Below are positions 36,418 through 47,313 of a stretch of DNA of 64,000 nucleotides, one piece after another (position 1 is the first letter of the stretch; the number at the start of each line of letters is the position of its first letter). The stretch comes from an uncultured Gemmatimonadaceae bacterium (GTDB lineage Bacteria > Gemmatimonadota > Gemmatimonadetes > Gemmatimonadales > Gemmatimonadaceae). Below the pieces are notes generated by a model, which saw only the letters and a program-made list of their open reading frames with translations, was not told the DNA's origin and did no database searches. The translations under genes were made by a program, and so were the position numbers. The stretch spans positions 448,001-512,000 of the forward strand of contig CAVUDW010000002.1 of the NCBI GenBank assembly GCA_963740355.1, in the 5' to 3' direction.

Positions 36418-38967
36418 ATGACTGGACCAGGGCCCCGCGAACGCATCCTGCCTCGCATGATCGACGAGGAAATCAAGGAATCGTTCATCAATTATTCGAT
36501 GAGCGTCATCGTATCGCGCGCGCTGCCGGATGTGCGGGATGGGTTGAAGCCAGTGCACCGTCGCGTGCTCTACGCGATGAACGAGGCCGGACTGACGGCG
36601 GGGCGGCCGTACCGCAAGTCAGCCACGGTGGTCGGCGACGTGCTGGGCCGCTACCACCCGCACGGCGACAGCAGCGTGTACGACGCCGTGGTGCGCATGG
36701 TCCAGGAGTTCTCGCTGCGATATCCGCTGGTGGATGGCCAGGGAAACTTCGGCAGCATCGACGGTGACAACGCCGCGGCCTATCGCTACACCGAAGTCCG
36801 GCTGACGCGCATCGCGATGGAGATGCTGGCCGACATCGACCGCGGCACAGTGGATTTCGGCGCGAACTTCGACGACACGCGCGAAGAGCCCAAGGTGTTG
36901 CCGTCACGCTTGCCGAACCTGCTGGTCAACGGCAGCACCGGCATCGCCGTCGGCATGGCAACCAACATCCCACCGCACAACCTGCGTGAGGTGTCGGCCG
37001 CAATCGTCGCGATGGTGGACAACCCGGAGATCGAGACCGATGAGATCCGGAAGATCATCACCGGTCCTGACTTCCCGACCGCCGGTTTCATCTACGGCCG
37101 CGCCGGAATCAAGGACTACATCGAGACGGGCCGTGGTCGCCTGCAGGTCCGCGCCCGCGCGCAGATCGAGGAGAACGAACGCGGTAGCAAGAGCCAGATC
37201 GTCGTCACCGAGATCCCGTACCAGGTCAACAAGGAACGCCTGCGACAGCAGATCGTGGACCTGGTCCGCGAAGGCAAGGTGGCCGGCATCAGCGCCCTGC
37301 GTGACGAGTCGAACAAGGAAGGCATCCGACTGGTGATGGAGCTCAAGCGCGATGCGATCCCGCGCGTGGTGCTCAACCAGCTCTACAAGCATTCGCAGCT
37401 GCAGACGACGTTCGGCGTGATCATGCTGGCCCTCGTGCCGGACATCAAGACGCGCCAGCTGGTGCCGAAGGTGATGCCGGTGCGCGAGGTGTTGCAGCAC
37501 TACATCGACCATCGCCACGAAGTCATCACCCGCCGGACCCAGTTCGACCTCGACAAGGCGCTCGAGCGCGAGCACATCCTCGAAGGGTTGAAGATCGCCG
37601 TCGACAACATCGACGAAGTGATCAAGATCATCCGCGCGGCCGATGACACGCCGACGGCCAGCCTCAGCCTGCAGACGCGATTCGCACTCTCCGAGCGGCA
37701 GGCGGAAGCGATCCTCAACATGCGCCTGGCGAAGCTCACCGGGCTCGAGATCGACAAGCTGGAGGCCGAACTGGCCGAAGTGCGCGCCCTGATCGCCGAA
37801 CTTCGTGACATCCTCGGCAGCCGCGAGCGTCGCATGACGATCCTCAAGGCCGAGCTGATGGACGTGGCCGAGACCTTCGGCGACGCACGCAAGACCGAGA
37901 TCGTCAGCGACGAAGGGGAGTTCAGCGTCGAGGACCTGATCGCGGAAGAGGACGTCGTGGTGACGATCTCGCACACCGGCTACGTGAAGCGCACCTCGGT
38001 GTCGCTCTACAAGCGCCAGCGTCGCGGCGGTCGCGGCAAGACCGGCACGGGGCTCAAGGACGAGGACTTCGTCAGCCGCCTCTACATCGGCAGCACGCAC
38101 GACTACCTGCTGGTGTTCACCGACGATGGGCGCATGTACTGGCTCAAGGTCTACGAAATCCCGCAGTCGAGCGCGGGCGCCCGTGGCAAGCCGATGGTGA
38201 ACCTGATCAACGTCTCGCCCGAGACCCGCGTGCGCGCGGTGGTGCCGGTGAAGGACCTCGAGAAGATCACGGACGCCGACGAGCGGTTCCTGTTCTTCTC
38301 AACCCGCGCTGGCACGGTGAAGAAGTCCCGCATGTCGGACTACACGAACGTGCGCAACAACGGCATCAAGGCGATCAAGATCGAGGCCGGTGATGAGTTG
38401 ATCGACGTGCAGGAGACGTCGGGAACCAACGACATCGTGCTGGCCACGCGCTTCGGCCTCAGCTGCCGGTTCCACGAAAGTGATGTGCGTGAGATGGGCC
38501 GCGATACGACGGGTGTGAAGGGCATCGAGCTGCGCCCGGAAGACCTGGTGGTCGGCATGGTCGTGATCAAGCGCGACGCGACGTTGCTGGTGGTCACTGA
38601 AAAGGGCCTTGGCAAGGTCAGCGACGTGGCCGAGTACCGGGTGCAGAAGCGCGGAGGCAAGGGCATCCTGACGCTCAATCGCACCGAGCGCACGGGCAAC
38701 GTGGTGGCGCTGATGGAAGTGCTGCCGGAAGACGAGATGATCCTGATCACCAAGCAGGGGATCCTGATTCGCTCGTCGGCTGCCGAAGTCCGCAAGACCG
38801 GCCGTAACGCGCAGGGGGTGAAGCTGGTCGCGCTGGACGACGGCGATTCGGTGATCACCGTGGCGCGTGTGGTGCCTGAGGAGAAGGACGGGGATGAGGG
38901 CGGCGCCGACGACGGCGAGCCGGGTGGTGAGGGAGACGCCGGCGACGGCGGTGCTCCGGACGCGTGA
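36418..38967 (+). CDS. gyrA: DNA gyrase subunit A
   Basis: [32 protein letters not shown], GyrA-box QRRGGRG, pinwheel repeats. Confidence 0.97.
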   Translation: MTGPGPRERILPRMIDEEIKESFINYSMSVIVSRALPDVRDGLKPVHRRVLYAMNEAGLTAGRPYRKSATVVGDVLGRYHPHGDSSVYDAVVRMVQEFSLRYPLVDGQGNFGSIDGDNAAAYRYTEVRLTRIAMEMLADIDRGTVDFGANFDDTREEPKVLPSRLPNLLVNGSTGIAVGMATNIPPHNLREVSAAIVAMVDNPEIETDEIRKIITGPDFPTAGFIYGRAGIKDYIETGRGRLQVRARAQIEENERGSKSQIVVTEIPYQVNKERLRQQIVDLVREGKVAGISALRDESNKEGIRLVMELKRDAIPRVVLNQLYKHSQLQTTFGVIMLALVPDIKTRQLVPKVMPVREVLQHYIDHRHEVITRRTQFDLDKALEREHILEGLKIAVDNIDEVIKIIRAADDTPTASLSLQTRFALSERQAEAILNMRLAKLTGLEIDKLEAELAEVRALIAELRDILGSRERRMTILKAELMDVAETFGDARKTEIVSDEGEFSVEDLIAEEDVVVTISHTGYVKRTSVSLYKRQRRGGRGKTGTGLKDEDFVSRLYIGSTHDYLLVFTDDGRMYWLKVYEIPQSSAGARGKPMVNLINVSPETRVRAVVPVKDLEKITDADERFLFFSTRAGTVKKSRMSDYTNVRNNGIKAIKIEAGDELIDVQETSGTNDIVLATRFGLSCRFHESDVREMGRDTTGVKGIELRPEDLVVGMVVIKRDATLLVVTEKGLGKVSDVAEYRVQKRGGKGILTLNRTERTGNVVALMEVLPEDEMILITKQGILIRSSAAEVRKTGRNAQGVKLVALDDGDSVITVARVVPEEKDGDEGGADDGEPGGEGDAGDGGAPDA

Positions 38968-39079
38968 CAGGAGTCCCTGGTGTTGAACGGCCGGAGCGCG
39001 TGACGCTGCGGTACCCCCGGCCGTCTTCACCGTGGTCCCCGATGTCCACCCCATCCCGCAGGCCGAGGCACGCACGGCG

Positions 39080-40552
39080 ATGACAGCGCCACGTATCATC
39101 GTCGCCGATAGCGATCCGGCGGTTCAGCAGACCATTTCCTGGGTCTTGCGCGAGCACGGGTACGACGTGCGCGGGGTTGTGACCTGTGCTGCGGCAGTCG
39201 CGACGGCGCAGGAGTTCGCGCCGGATCTGGTGCTGCTCGACGCGCAGTTGCTGGATGACGGCGGCGCCGAGGCGTTGACGACGATGAAAGGCGAGTTGCG
39301 CTGGAAGGACTTGCCCGTGCTGGTGACGTCGACGCGTGCACCTGAGGAGATCGTCGAGCAGGCACTCGCCAGCGGCGCGACCGATGTGGTGAGAAAGCCA
39401 CTCCGTTCTGGTGAGCTGCTCGCCCGCATCGGCGCCAACCTGCGAAATCGGTCGGCGCTCGACATGACGCGTCGCCAGCTGCAGACGACACAGGAAGCGC
39501 TGGCCCTGGCGCGTGAAGAAGCGCAGACCGGCCGCACGCTGATCGCGATCATGCGCGAGGTGAGCGCCGATCTCTCCAGTGAAGAGATCTATCATGTGCT
39601 GGTGCGCCGCGTGGCGCGCGCCATCGGCCTGTTTCGGTGTTCAGTGGTGCTGGCGCGACCCGGTGAGCTGGCGGCACTGGTGCCAGCGGCGTTCGACGAC
39701 CCCACGCTGCGGAACCTGCCGCTCGACCTGGCCAAGTATCCAGAAATACGGGTCGCGCTCGAAGCCGGGCGACCCGTCCTGATTCCGGATGTGATGGTGC
39801 ACCCGCTGTTCGCGGAATTGCGGCAGCGATGGGCGCGCGAAGGCACGGTGGTGCCGACGCGCAGCGTGATTGCCTTGCCCTTCTTTGTCGATCGACAGCA
39901 GGCGGGCGTGTTCCTGTTGCGCCGCGGCGTCGGTGAGCCGCCGCTGGACGACGAAGACGTGTCGTTCGCCGATGCCGTGGTGAAGGCCGCCGTGGCCTCG
40001 ATCCAGCGGGCGCACCTGCTCGAATCGGCGCGTGCCGACAACGTGCGCCTTGCGGCACTCGCGCAGACGGATCCACTGACGCAGGTGCTCAACCGTCGCG
40101 CACTCACCGATCGCCTGGTGTCTGAACTCGATCGTGCGCGTCGATACGGCCATTCAGTGGCCGTGCTGATGCTGGACCTCGATCACTTCAAGTTGATCAA
40201 CGACACCCGTGGGCATCTCGTGGGTGACGGTGTGCTCAAGGACACCGCAGAGATCCTGCGTAGCGCAGTCCGCAGCGCCGACTTCGTCGCGCGCTACGGT
40301 GGCGAGGAGTTCGTGGTGGTGCTGCCGGAAACGTCGCTGGATGGTGCCGTGACGTTCGCGGAACGTCTGCGTGAGCGCATCGCGGGCACCGCGTTCCAGG
40401 GCGGCATTGGCGTGACGCTCAGCCTGTCGGTGTCGATCGGGGTGTCACTCTTCCCGGCCCCGCGCATCACGTCGGTCGATGATCTGCTCTCGGCCGCCGA
40501 CACCGCGCTCTATCGTGCCAAGGCCGACGGCCGGAATCGCGTCAGGCACTAG
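39080..40552 (+). CDS. Diguanylate cyclase, REC-GAF-GGDEF
   Basis: REC (VLLD..KP), GAF-like middle, TDPLT..NRR, DLDHFK, RSAD I-site, RYGGEEF. Confidence 0.9.
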   Translation: MTAPRIIVADSDPAVQQTISWVLREHGYDVRGVVTCAAAVATAQEFAPDLVLLDAQLLDDGGAEALTTMKGELRWKDLPVLVTSTRAPEEIVEQALASGATDVVRKPLRSGELLARIGANLRNRSALDMTRRQLQTTQEALALAREEAQTGRTLIAIMREVSADLSSEEIYHVLVRRVARAIGLFRCSVVLARPGELAALVPAAFDDPTLRNLPLDLAKYPEIRVALEAGRPVLIPDVMVHPLFAELRQRWAREGTVVPTRSVIALPFFVDRQQAGVFLLRRGVGEPPLDDEDVSFADAVVKAAVASIQRAHLLESARADNVRLAALAQTDPLTQVLNRRALTDRLVSELDRARRYGHSVAVLMLDLDHFKLINDTRGHLVGDGVLKDTAEILRSAVRSADFVARYGGEEFVVVLPETSLDGAVTFAERLRERIAGTAFQGGIGVTLSLSVSIGVSLFPAPRITSVDDLLSAADTALYRAKADGRNRVRH

Positions 40553-40626
40553 CTGCTCGCCGCGCATCGATTGCGGCTGCGCTGACACGATTCCGAAACC
40601 TGTTCCAGTCACGATCTGTCGGTGCG

Positions 40627-42162
40627 TCAGCGAGCCGCGCGCAGCGTGATCGTTTCGCGCCGGCCATTGCGCAGGATCTCGATGCGCTGGTCGCGGCCGC
40701 GATCGAAGGAGACATCGAGGCCGTTGCCGTCGCGCACACCGCGTCCGTCGATCTTGAGGATCACGTCGCCCACCTTGATCGGATCCCAGCTGTCGCGTGT
40801 CCGGACGACCAGCGCCCCATCCTCGCTGCCACGCCCGAACTGCTGCGCGAAGTCGCGATCGACGATGGCGAGTGAAAGCCCGCTCAACGACAACGTGGCA
40901 CCGTCGGTCCGACCACGCACGGTCCCTCGTGCACCGCGCGGGCCATCATCGTCGTCGTCATCCCGCGACCACGCATCGCGCGAGTCGTCGTCGCGCCGCA
41001 TCTGATCGCGATGCATGCGGGCCTGCTCGCGTGCCTGTTCCCGCACACGTTCGGCCTGTTCGCGGGCACGCTCGCGCTGCTCCTGCGCCCGCTCTCGAAC
41101 GCGCTCGCCCTGCTCCTGGGCCCGTTCGCGTTGTTCTTCGGCCTGCTCACGCGCGCGCTCACGAAGTTCCCGCGCCTGCTCGCGCTGCATCTGGGTCATC
41201 TCGCGCTGCACTTCAGCGCGGGCGCTGGCGGCTTCCGATCGCTCGCCGAACAGCTGCATGTTGGCGCGGACACTGGCGCGGATGTCATCAGCCATGCCCT
41301 GAAAACCGGCGGTGCTGAACGTGAAGCCGCGTTCGTTCGACGGTACCACCGACACGGTGCGGCGTCGGCCTTCGCTCAACACCTCGAGCCGCACGGGTGT
41401 GGAGTCACGCGCCGCATCGAGCGCGCGGCGGAGGCGTGAGATACGCGCCTCGACCGCTTCGGGCGACCCAGCATCACCCGCAGGGATTCGCAGGTCGACC
41501 CCATCGATGCTGACGATGCGGTCCCCCTCGATCAACCCAGCCTTGTCGGCCGCGCCTCCGGTCGAGATGCTCACGATCAGTAGTCCGGCAGTGTCGCGCA
41601 TCGAACCGCGCTGCGCGAAACCGAGCCCCAGCACGCGCCGACCGCTGGAGAGCCCGCGTAGCGTCCGAGCCATCGGCGACTCGGCCAGCGCCACACGCTT
41701 GGTCTCTTTCCGGCCGTCTGTGAGCACGACGAGCGTGATGGTGTCGCCGGGCTCCTTGCGGCCGATCAGCCGCCGCAACCGCGTCTCCGGGAGTGCCTCC
41801 GCGGCCGAGTCGTCCAGATCGCGCGGGTCGAGTCGCAAGTCGACGCCATCCACGCTCACGAGGCGGGCTCCGCGGGTGATGCCGGCCTTGTCGGCTGGGA
41901 GCCCATCCTCGACATCATCCACGAGGAGGCCAAGGGTGTCGGCTGCACCCGATGACGTCCGCAGGGAAATCCCGAGGATGCCACGGTTCGCGATCCCCGC
42001 GCCGGCACCGGCGATGTAGACCCGTGGGGCTGAGCCCGGCATGGGCATCTCCGGCGGTCGCGGCGATCGCGGAGCGACCTGGGCGCCGACCGTCAGCGCA
42101 CCGAGTGGGGCGAGCGCGCCGACAAGAACGGCGGTCCGAGCTGCGTACGAGAGCGTTGTCAT
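40627..42162 (-). CDS. Exported multi-PDZ-domain protein with coiled-coil linker
   Basis: Signal peptide; PDZ-like units GILGI..PADKAGI, VLGL..AADKAGL..GDRIVSIDG, GDVILKIDG; REQ-rich coil. Confidence 0.8.
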   Translation of the reverse strand: MTTLSYAARTAVLVGALAPLGALTVGAQVAPRSPRPPEMPMPGSAPRVYIAGAGAGIANRGILGISLRTSSGAADTLGLLVDDVEDGLPADKAGITRGARLVSVDGVDLRLDPRDLDDSAAEALPETRLRRLIGRKEPGDTITLVVLTDGRKETKRVALAESPMARTLRGLSSGRRVLGLGFAQRGSMRDTAGLLIVSISTGGAADKAGLIEGDRIVSIDGVDLRIPAGDAGSPEAVEARISRLRRALDAARDSTPVRLEVLSEGRRRTVSVVPSNERGFTFSTAGFQGMADDIRASVRANMQLFGERSEAASARAEVQREMTQMQREQARELRERAREQAEEQRERAQEQGERVRERAQEQRERAREQAERVREQAREQARMHRDQMRRDDDSRDAWSRDDDDDDGPRGARGTVRGRTDGATLSLSGLSLAIVDRDFAQQFGRGSEDGALVVRTRDSWDPIKVGDVILKIDGRGVRDGNGLDVSFDRGRDQRIEILRNGRRETITLRAAR

Positions 42163-42263
42163 CTCTGTCTCCGGCGGTCAGGCTGCCGGTGCGACATGCA
42201 CCGGTCAGCGAATCGCCGATCTGACACCCCGGTCGTGCGTTGGGTTGCCGTCCCCCGGGACGG

Positions 42264-44705
42264 TCAGACGACGATGTTCAGGAGCCGCCCGGGGATGTAG
42301 ATGACCTTCTTCGGCTCACCAACCACAAACTTCGCGATGTTCGGTTCGCGCAGTGCGGCGGCGTAGACGTCATCCTGGGTCGAGTCCCGGGCGACGACCA
42401 CCGTACCGCGAGTCTTGCCGCTGATCTGGACCGCGATGGTCAGCGTGTCCGAGACCAGCATTGCCGGATCATATGCGGGCCAGGCACTGTCGAAGACGGT
42501 CCCACCATGTCCGAGGTATTCCCAGCAGGCCTCGGCCATGTGCGGTGCGAATGGTGCAACCAGCTGCACCAGCGGAGCGACTTCCTCCCGATGCACCGTT
42601 CGCTCGCCAGCACGCAGCACGTTCACGTATTCCATCATCGCCGCGATGGCGGTGTTGTAACCGAGGGCCGGTATATCCTCGCCGACCTTCTTGATGGTCG
42701 CGTGCAACTTGCGCAGCACGGTGGCATCAGGGGCGCCGCTGGTGGTGCTTTCGTGCACTGAGCCCCAGATCCGTTCGAGGAAACGCCGCACACCGGTGAT
42801 GCCGCTGTCGCGGTAGTCGCCCCCTTCCTCGTACGGTCCGAGGAACATGAGGTAGGTGCGGAACGAGTCTGCGCCCCACCGGTCGATCAGCTCATCCGGG
42901 TTCACGACGTTGCCCTTCGACTTGGACATCTTCGCGCCTTCGCGGATGATCATGCCGTGGGCACGGAACCGCGTGAACGGTTCTTCGAAGTCGATCAGCC
43001 CAGCGTCGTGCAGCACCATCGTGATGAACCGAGCGTAGAGCAGGTGCAGCACGGCGTGTTCGTTGCCGCCGATATAGGTGCTGACCGGCAACCAGCGCTG
43101 GGTGAGCGCCGCGTCGAATGCGACGTCGCTCCGATCTGCACTCGGGTAGCGCAGGAAGTACCAGGCGCTGTCGAGGAAGGTGTCGGAGACATCCGTCTCG
43201 CGCCGACTCATGATGCCGCACTGCGGACAGGGCACGCGGTACCACTCGTCGTGCCGTGCCAGCGGCGAAATCCCGCTGTCGTCGGGGCGGAAGTCCTCGA
43301 TCAGGGGCAGCACGACCGGCAGCTGATCCTCGGGCACCGGCACCGGCCCGCAACTGTCGCAGTAGATGATCGGGATCGGCGGGCCCCAATAGCGCTGACG
43401 CGAGATGCACCAGTCATTGAGGCGGTAGTTCACCACCGGCGTGGCACTGCTCCGCTCCTCGAGCCATGCCACGACGGCCTTCTTCGCCTGCGGCACTGGC
43501 ATGCCGGAGAAGTGACCGGAGTTCACCAGCACGTCGGCGTCCGACTTGGCGGCATACGCTTCGACGAGGGGTGCGGCCGCATCTCCATCCACGGGTGAGA
43601 CCACCCGAACGATCGGCAGCGCGAACTTCTCGGCGAACTCGAAATCGCGTTCGTCATGGCCCGGTACGCCCATGACTGCGCCGGTACCGTACTCCATCAG
43701 CACGTAGTCCGCGACCCAGACCGGGATCGGGTGCCCGGTGGCAGGGTTGATCGCGACCGCGCCGGTGAAGACACCGGTCTTTTCCTTGCTCACCTTCCGC
43801 GACACGACGTCCTGCGTCTTGGTGCGCTCGAGGTACGCGTCGACCTCCGCGCGCTGCGCAGGCGTCACGATCTGGGCGACCAGGGGATGCTCGGGCGCGA
43901 GCACCACCCACGTGGCGCCGAAGATCGTGTCGGGCCGCGTGGTGAAGACCGTCACGTCATGGTCGTTCGCGACGCGGAAGGTGACATGCGCACCCTCGCT
44001 TCGGCCGATCCAGTTCCGCTGCGCCTGGCGTGTCGTTTCGGACCAGTCGAGCGTGGCAATGTTGTCCAGAAGGCGCGGGGCGTACTGGGAGGTGCGGAAG
44101 AACCACTGCTCCAGCAGCCGCTGCTCCACCAGTGCGTCGCACCGCTCGCAATGGCCGTCCTTGACCTGCTCGTTGGCGAGCACGGTCTTGTCGTTGGGAC
44201 ACCAGTTGACGGCTGCCGCCTTCTTGTATGCGAGCCCCTGCTTGTAGAGCTGCAGGAAGAGCCACTGCGTCCACTTGTAATAGCTGGGGTCGCTAGTGAC
44301 GACTTCCCTGCTCCAGTCGACCATCAGCCCGGAACGACGCAGCTGCTTGCGGAAGTTTTCGACGTTCTTGGGCGTCAGCGAGGCGGGATGGGCCCCGACC
44401 TTGATCGCAAAGTTTTCGGAATGGATCCCGAAGCTGTCGAAACCGATTGGCTCGAAAACAGTTCGTCCTTGCATCCGCTGGAACCGGCCGTGAATGTCGG
44501 CGCCAGTGAAGGCGAACAGGTTTCCGATGTGCAGCCCTTCCGCTGATGGATAGGGAAACATCATCAGCTGGTAGTACGGATCTTTCCCCTGCCAGAGTTC
44601 GGGGGAGTTGGTCCCCTGTTCGGCCCAGCGGTGCTGCCAGATCTCTTCGATGGCGGCAGGATCGTAGGCGGGGGTCTCTGGCGGGACGGACTGTGTATCG
44701 GACAT
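42264..44705 (-). CDS. leuS: Leucine--tRNA ligase
   Basis: MFPYPS..LHIGN, TTRPDT editing domain, DWCISRQRYWG, KMSKSKGN. Confidence 0.96.
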   Translation of the reverse strand: MSDTQSVPPETPAYDPAAIEEIWQHRWAEQGTNSPELWQGKDPYYQLMMFPYPSAEGLHIGNLFAFTGADIHGRFQRMQGRTVFEPIGFDSFGIHSENFAIKVGAHPASLTPKNVENFRKQLRRSGLMVDWSREVVTSDPSYYKWTQWLFLQLYKQGLAYKKAAAVNWCPNDKTVLANEQVKDGHCERCDALVEQRLLEQWFFRTSQYAPRLLDNIATLDWSETTRQAQRNWIGRSEGAHVTFRVANDHDVTVFTTRPDTIFGATWVVLAPEHPLVAQIVTPAQRAEVDAYLERTKTQDVVSRKVSKEKTGVFTGAVAINPATGHPIPVWVADYVLMEYGTGAVMGVPGHDERDFEFAEKFALPIVRVVSPVDGDAAAPLVEAYAAKSDADVLVNSGHFSGMPVPQAKKAVVAWLEERSSATPVVNYRLNDWCISRQRYWGPPIPIIYCDSCGPVPVPEDQLPVVLPLIEDFRPDDSGISPLARHDEWYRVPCPQCGIMSRRETDVSDTFLDSAWYFLRYPSADRSDVAFDAALTQRWLPVSTYIGGNEHAVLHLLYARFITMVLHDAGLIDFEEPFTRFRAHGMIIREGAKMSKSKGNVVNPDELIDRWGADSFRTYLMFLGPYEEGGDYRDSGITGVRRFLERIWGSVHESTTSGAPDATVLRKLHATIKKVGEDIPALGYNTAIAAMMEYVNVLRAGERTVHREEVAPLVQLVAPFAPHMAEACWEYLGHGGTVFDSAWPAYDPAMLVSDTLTIAVQISGKTRGTVVVARDSTQDDVYAAALREPNIAKFVVGEPKKVIYIPGRLLNIVV

Positions 44706-44782
44706 CGGCAGGATCAGGACGCCCGAGGGCATCAGTTCAGTTCGGTGGTTCGCAAGTCTGCGTCTCTCTCTAACTTACCCGC

Positions 44783-46519
44783 GTGCCGTCTCCCTCTGAA
44801 AGCGCGAAAGTCGTGTGCCGGCACCTCGGCATCGGGGTGGCGGTGATTGCCTTGGCGTCGTGCGGGAAGGGGACGACTGATTCGCCACCGTTGCCGCTGA
44901 CGACGGCGGCCAGGGTCGAGGTCCAGCTCGCCAGCGATTCGGTGCTCGTGGGCGACTCGATCGCTGCCACCGCTCGCGGCGTGAACCGTGACGGAGCAGT
45001 GGTCCCGTTGGCCGTCGTCGTGTGGTCGACGGCTGATTCGAGCATCGGTTCGGTCTCCCCCGGTGGGATGCTGCGGGCCCGCAACGTCGGCACCGCTCGC
45101 CTCGATGTGCTTGGCGACGGCGCCGTCGGCTCACGGACCGTTCGGATCGTGCCGCGCGAGCTGCGTGTGCGGGTGGTGGCGCCGGACACTGCCCAGTTGG
45201 TCGATGACATCCCGGTCTCGGCAGAAGTTGAGACGCCAGAGGGGGTGCGCCTCTCGGAAGTCGCCCCGCGCTTTGCCGTCGCTGATCCGACGATCGCAAC
45301 GATTGGTGCGATCGCGGTGGGCCAGGCTCGGGTCAGCGCGAACCGCGCCGGCGTGACCGAGCTGCTGGCGATCGTGGGTCGCGACACCACGCGTCGACGT
45401 TTCGTGGTGCGTACCACGCCGCTCCGCTCGCTGACCGTGAGTGTCGAGACACGCATCATCGCCATCGGCGACAGCGCGCCCTACACCCTGACGGCCATCG
45501 ATACCGGCGGGCGGATCGTGCCGACCCGTGGCACCGATGTCGGAGTCGAGCCGAGTGGGACGATGGTCGTGCGCAATGGATATCTGGTCGCGACGGGCGC
45601 GGGGCGTGTGGAGTTGCGCGCGATCAATGGCGGCTTCATGGCGCGGGACACCGTCACTGGTCAGCCTCCCTCGGAATTCCCGCTGGAGATCGTGGACGGC
45701 GACGGCCAGAATCCCCTTCCGCTGCGCGTCCTGCTGAGCATGGAGCGGGTGGCGGTGAAGTGGCGCCGGATCATCCGCAGTGCGCCTCCCGGCGAGACTG
45801 TGCGACTGCAACTGGGCGAGTGCCGCAACGCAGTGCCGGTGAGCCAGTTCATCTCCGGCGTGCGAGTGCTGATCAAGATCGACTCGTTGCGACAGAACGT
45901 GCTGGCGCAGGGGGGGCCATGTGTCATGCGTTCGAACGGGCTGCCGCTGCTGGGGACGATCCAGCTCAACTATTTCTATTACAACACGCTCAGCGACCGG
46001 AAGCTGGACGACCTCATCATGCACGAGGTTGGTCACGTGCTCGGTATCGGGAGCCTGTGGGGTCGCGGGCAGTACGCGCCGCTGGTGGTTGGGGACAGCA
46101 ATGCAGTGGATCCGATTTTCGTCGGCCCGAACACTCTTGGTGCGTTTGCCCGACTTGGCGGGAGTGCTCGCTTCACCGGCCGTCGTGTGCCGATCGAAAT
46201 CCAGGTGTTGGGCCATTGGCGCACCAACGCGTTCGGTGGCGAACTGATGGCGCCATCCCTCACCACCGCACCGCAGCCGACGTCGGCCGTCACGGTTGCG
46301 GCACTGCGTGACCTCGGGTGGAACGTCGAGCCGGAGGCGTACGAGGAATATCAGCTGCCATCATCCGTGCTGGCTGGCCTCGTGGCGCCACGGGTCGTCA
46401 GCGTACCGAATTCGGAGACGCATTCGCTCGGCGGCGATGTGCTCCTGCCGCAGATGATGATCCTGCCAGGTGGTCGGCAGGTGCGACTCGATCCGTCGGG
46501 GCGACCGATCCTGCGCTGA
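44783..46519 (+). CDS. Lipoprotein with Ig-like repeats and leishmanolysin (M8)-like zinc metallopeptidase domain
   Basis: ALASC lipobox; WSTADSSIGSV Ig-like (Big_2) motif; HEVGHVLGIG, GHW, ELM Met-turn, LRDLGW; start uncertain. Confidence 0.75.
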   Translation: MPSPSESAKVVCRHLGIGVAVIALASCGKGTTDSPPLPLTTAARVEVQLASDSVLVGDSIAATARGVNRDGAVVPLAVVVWSTADSSIGSVSPGGMLRARNVGTARLDVLGDGAVGSRTVRIVPRELRVRVVAPDTAQLVDDIPVSAEVETPEGVRLSEVAPRFAVADPTIATIGAIAVGQARVSANRAGVTELLAIVGRDTTRRRFVVRTTPLRSLTVSVETRIIAIGDSAPYTLTAIDTGGRIVPTRGTDVGVEPSGTMVVRNGYLVATGAGRVELRAINGGFMARDTVTGQPPSEFPLEIVDGDGQNPLPLRVLLSMERVAVKWRRIIRSAPPGETVRLQLGECRNAVPVSQFISGVRVLIKIDSLRQNVLAQGGPCVMRSNGLPLLGTIQLNYFYYNTLSDRKLDDLIMHEVGHVLGIGSLWGRGQYAPLVVGDSNAVDPIFVGPNTLGAFARLGGSARFTGRRVPIEIQVLGHWRTNAFGGELMAPSLTTAPQPTSAVTVAALRDLGWNVEPEAYEEYQLPSSVLAGLVAPRVVSVPNSETHSLGGDVLLPQMMILPGGRQVRLDPSGRPILR

Positions 46520-46538
46520 GGCGCGATTCGATCAAGGA

Positions 46539-46796
46539 CCCCGATCAAGGGGTCAGAGATCTTGGTCGGGGAATCTGGGGCGTAACCTGTTCGACGCCAT
46601 TGGGTTAGGCCCCGATCAAGGGGTCGGAGATCTTGCTCGGGGAATCTGGGGCGTAACCTGTTCAACGCCATTGGGTTAGGCCCCGATCAAGGGGTCGGAG
46701 ATCTTGCTCGACCAAGGGGTCAGAGATCTTGCTCGGCTTGATTCGGCCCTAACGCGTTTGCCAACATTGGGTTAGGTGTCGATCAAGATCTCCGAC
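46539..46796. repeat. 71-bp tandem repeat containing the same GATCAAGGGGTC(A/G)GAGATCTT core
   Basis: Units start at 46539, 46610, 46681 (partial); extra core at 46712; inverted partial core near 46784. Confidence 0.9.
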
Positions 46797-46925
46797 TCCG
46801 CCCCTGCATGCCGCGGGTCACAGCAGGCGACCGTCGGCCGAGTGAGTGGGACTGCGCAATAACTTGCGACGCGCAGCCGGCCGCCCGCCGCGCGCGACTC
46901 CACCTGCCTCCCGAGATCTCCGATC

Positions 46926-47312
46926 ATGCCCGACGTTCGCCACCTGTCGTGGGACACCGTTCCGCGTGAAGAACTGACGCCCGTCATCAGCCGACAGCTG
47001 ATCACGACTGAGCGGATGATGATGGCGCATGTGCACCTGAAGAAGGGTGCGATCGTGCCGGCACACGATCATCACAACGAGCAGTTCACATACATCCTTT
47101 CCGGCGTGCTTCGCTTCTGGATCGGCGAACATGCCGATGCACCGGGCGACACCTACATCGACGTCAAGCCGGGTGAAGTGCTGGTCATTCCAAGCATGGT
47201 GCGACACCGCGCCGAGGCGCTCGAGGATACGCTCGACATGGATGTGTTCAATCCGCCGCGGCAGGATTGGCTGGACGGCAGCGACGCCTACATCCGCAGC
47301 GGCTCGAAGTAG
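46926..47312 (+). CDS. Cupin domain protein
   Basis: PAHDHHNEQ..YILSG, IPSMVRH, DVFNPPR. Confidence 0.85.
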   Translation: MPDVRHLSWDTVPREELTPVISRQLITTERMMMAHVHLKKGAIVPAHDHHNEQFTYILSGVLRFWIGEHADAPGDTYIDVKPGEVLVIPSMVRHRAEALEDTLDMDVFNPPRQDWLDGSDAYIRSGSK

Positions 47313-47313
47313 C

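Noticed and set aside
36640..36800. gyrA quinolone-resistance change or odd AAYRY motif
   Set aside because: HGDSSVYD keeps the Ser83/Asp87 equivalents and the catalytic RYT tyrosine is intact
44515..44540. LeuRS HIGN instead of HIGH
   Set aside because: HxGN is a tolerated class I synthetase variant; the rest of the enzyme, including KMSKS and the editing domain, is normal
46539..46796. Possible CRISPR array
   Set aside because: Sequences between the repeat cores are near-identical rather than unique spacers, there are few units, and no cas genes are in the window
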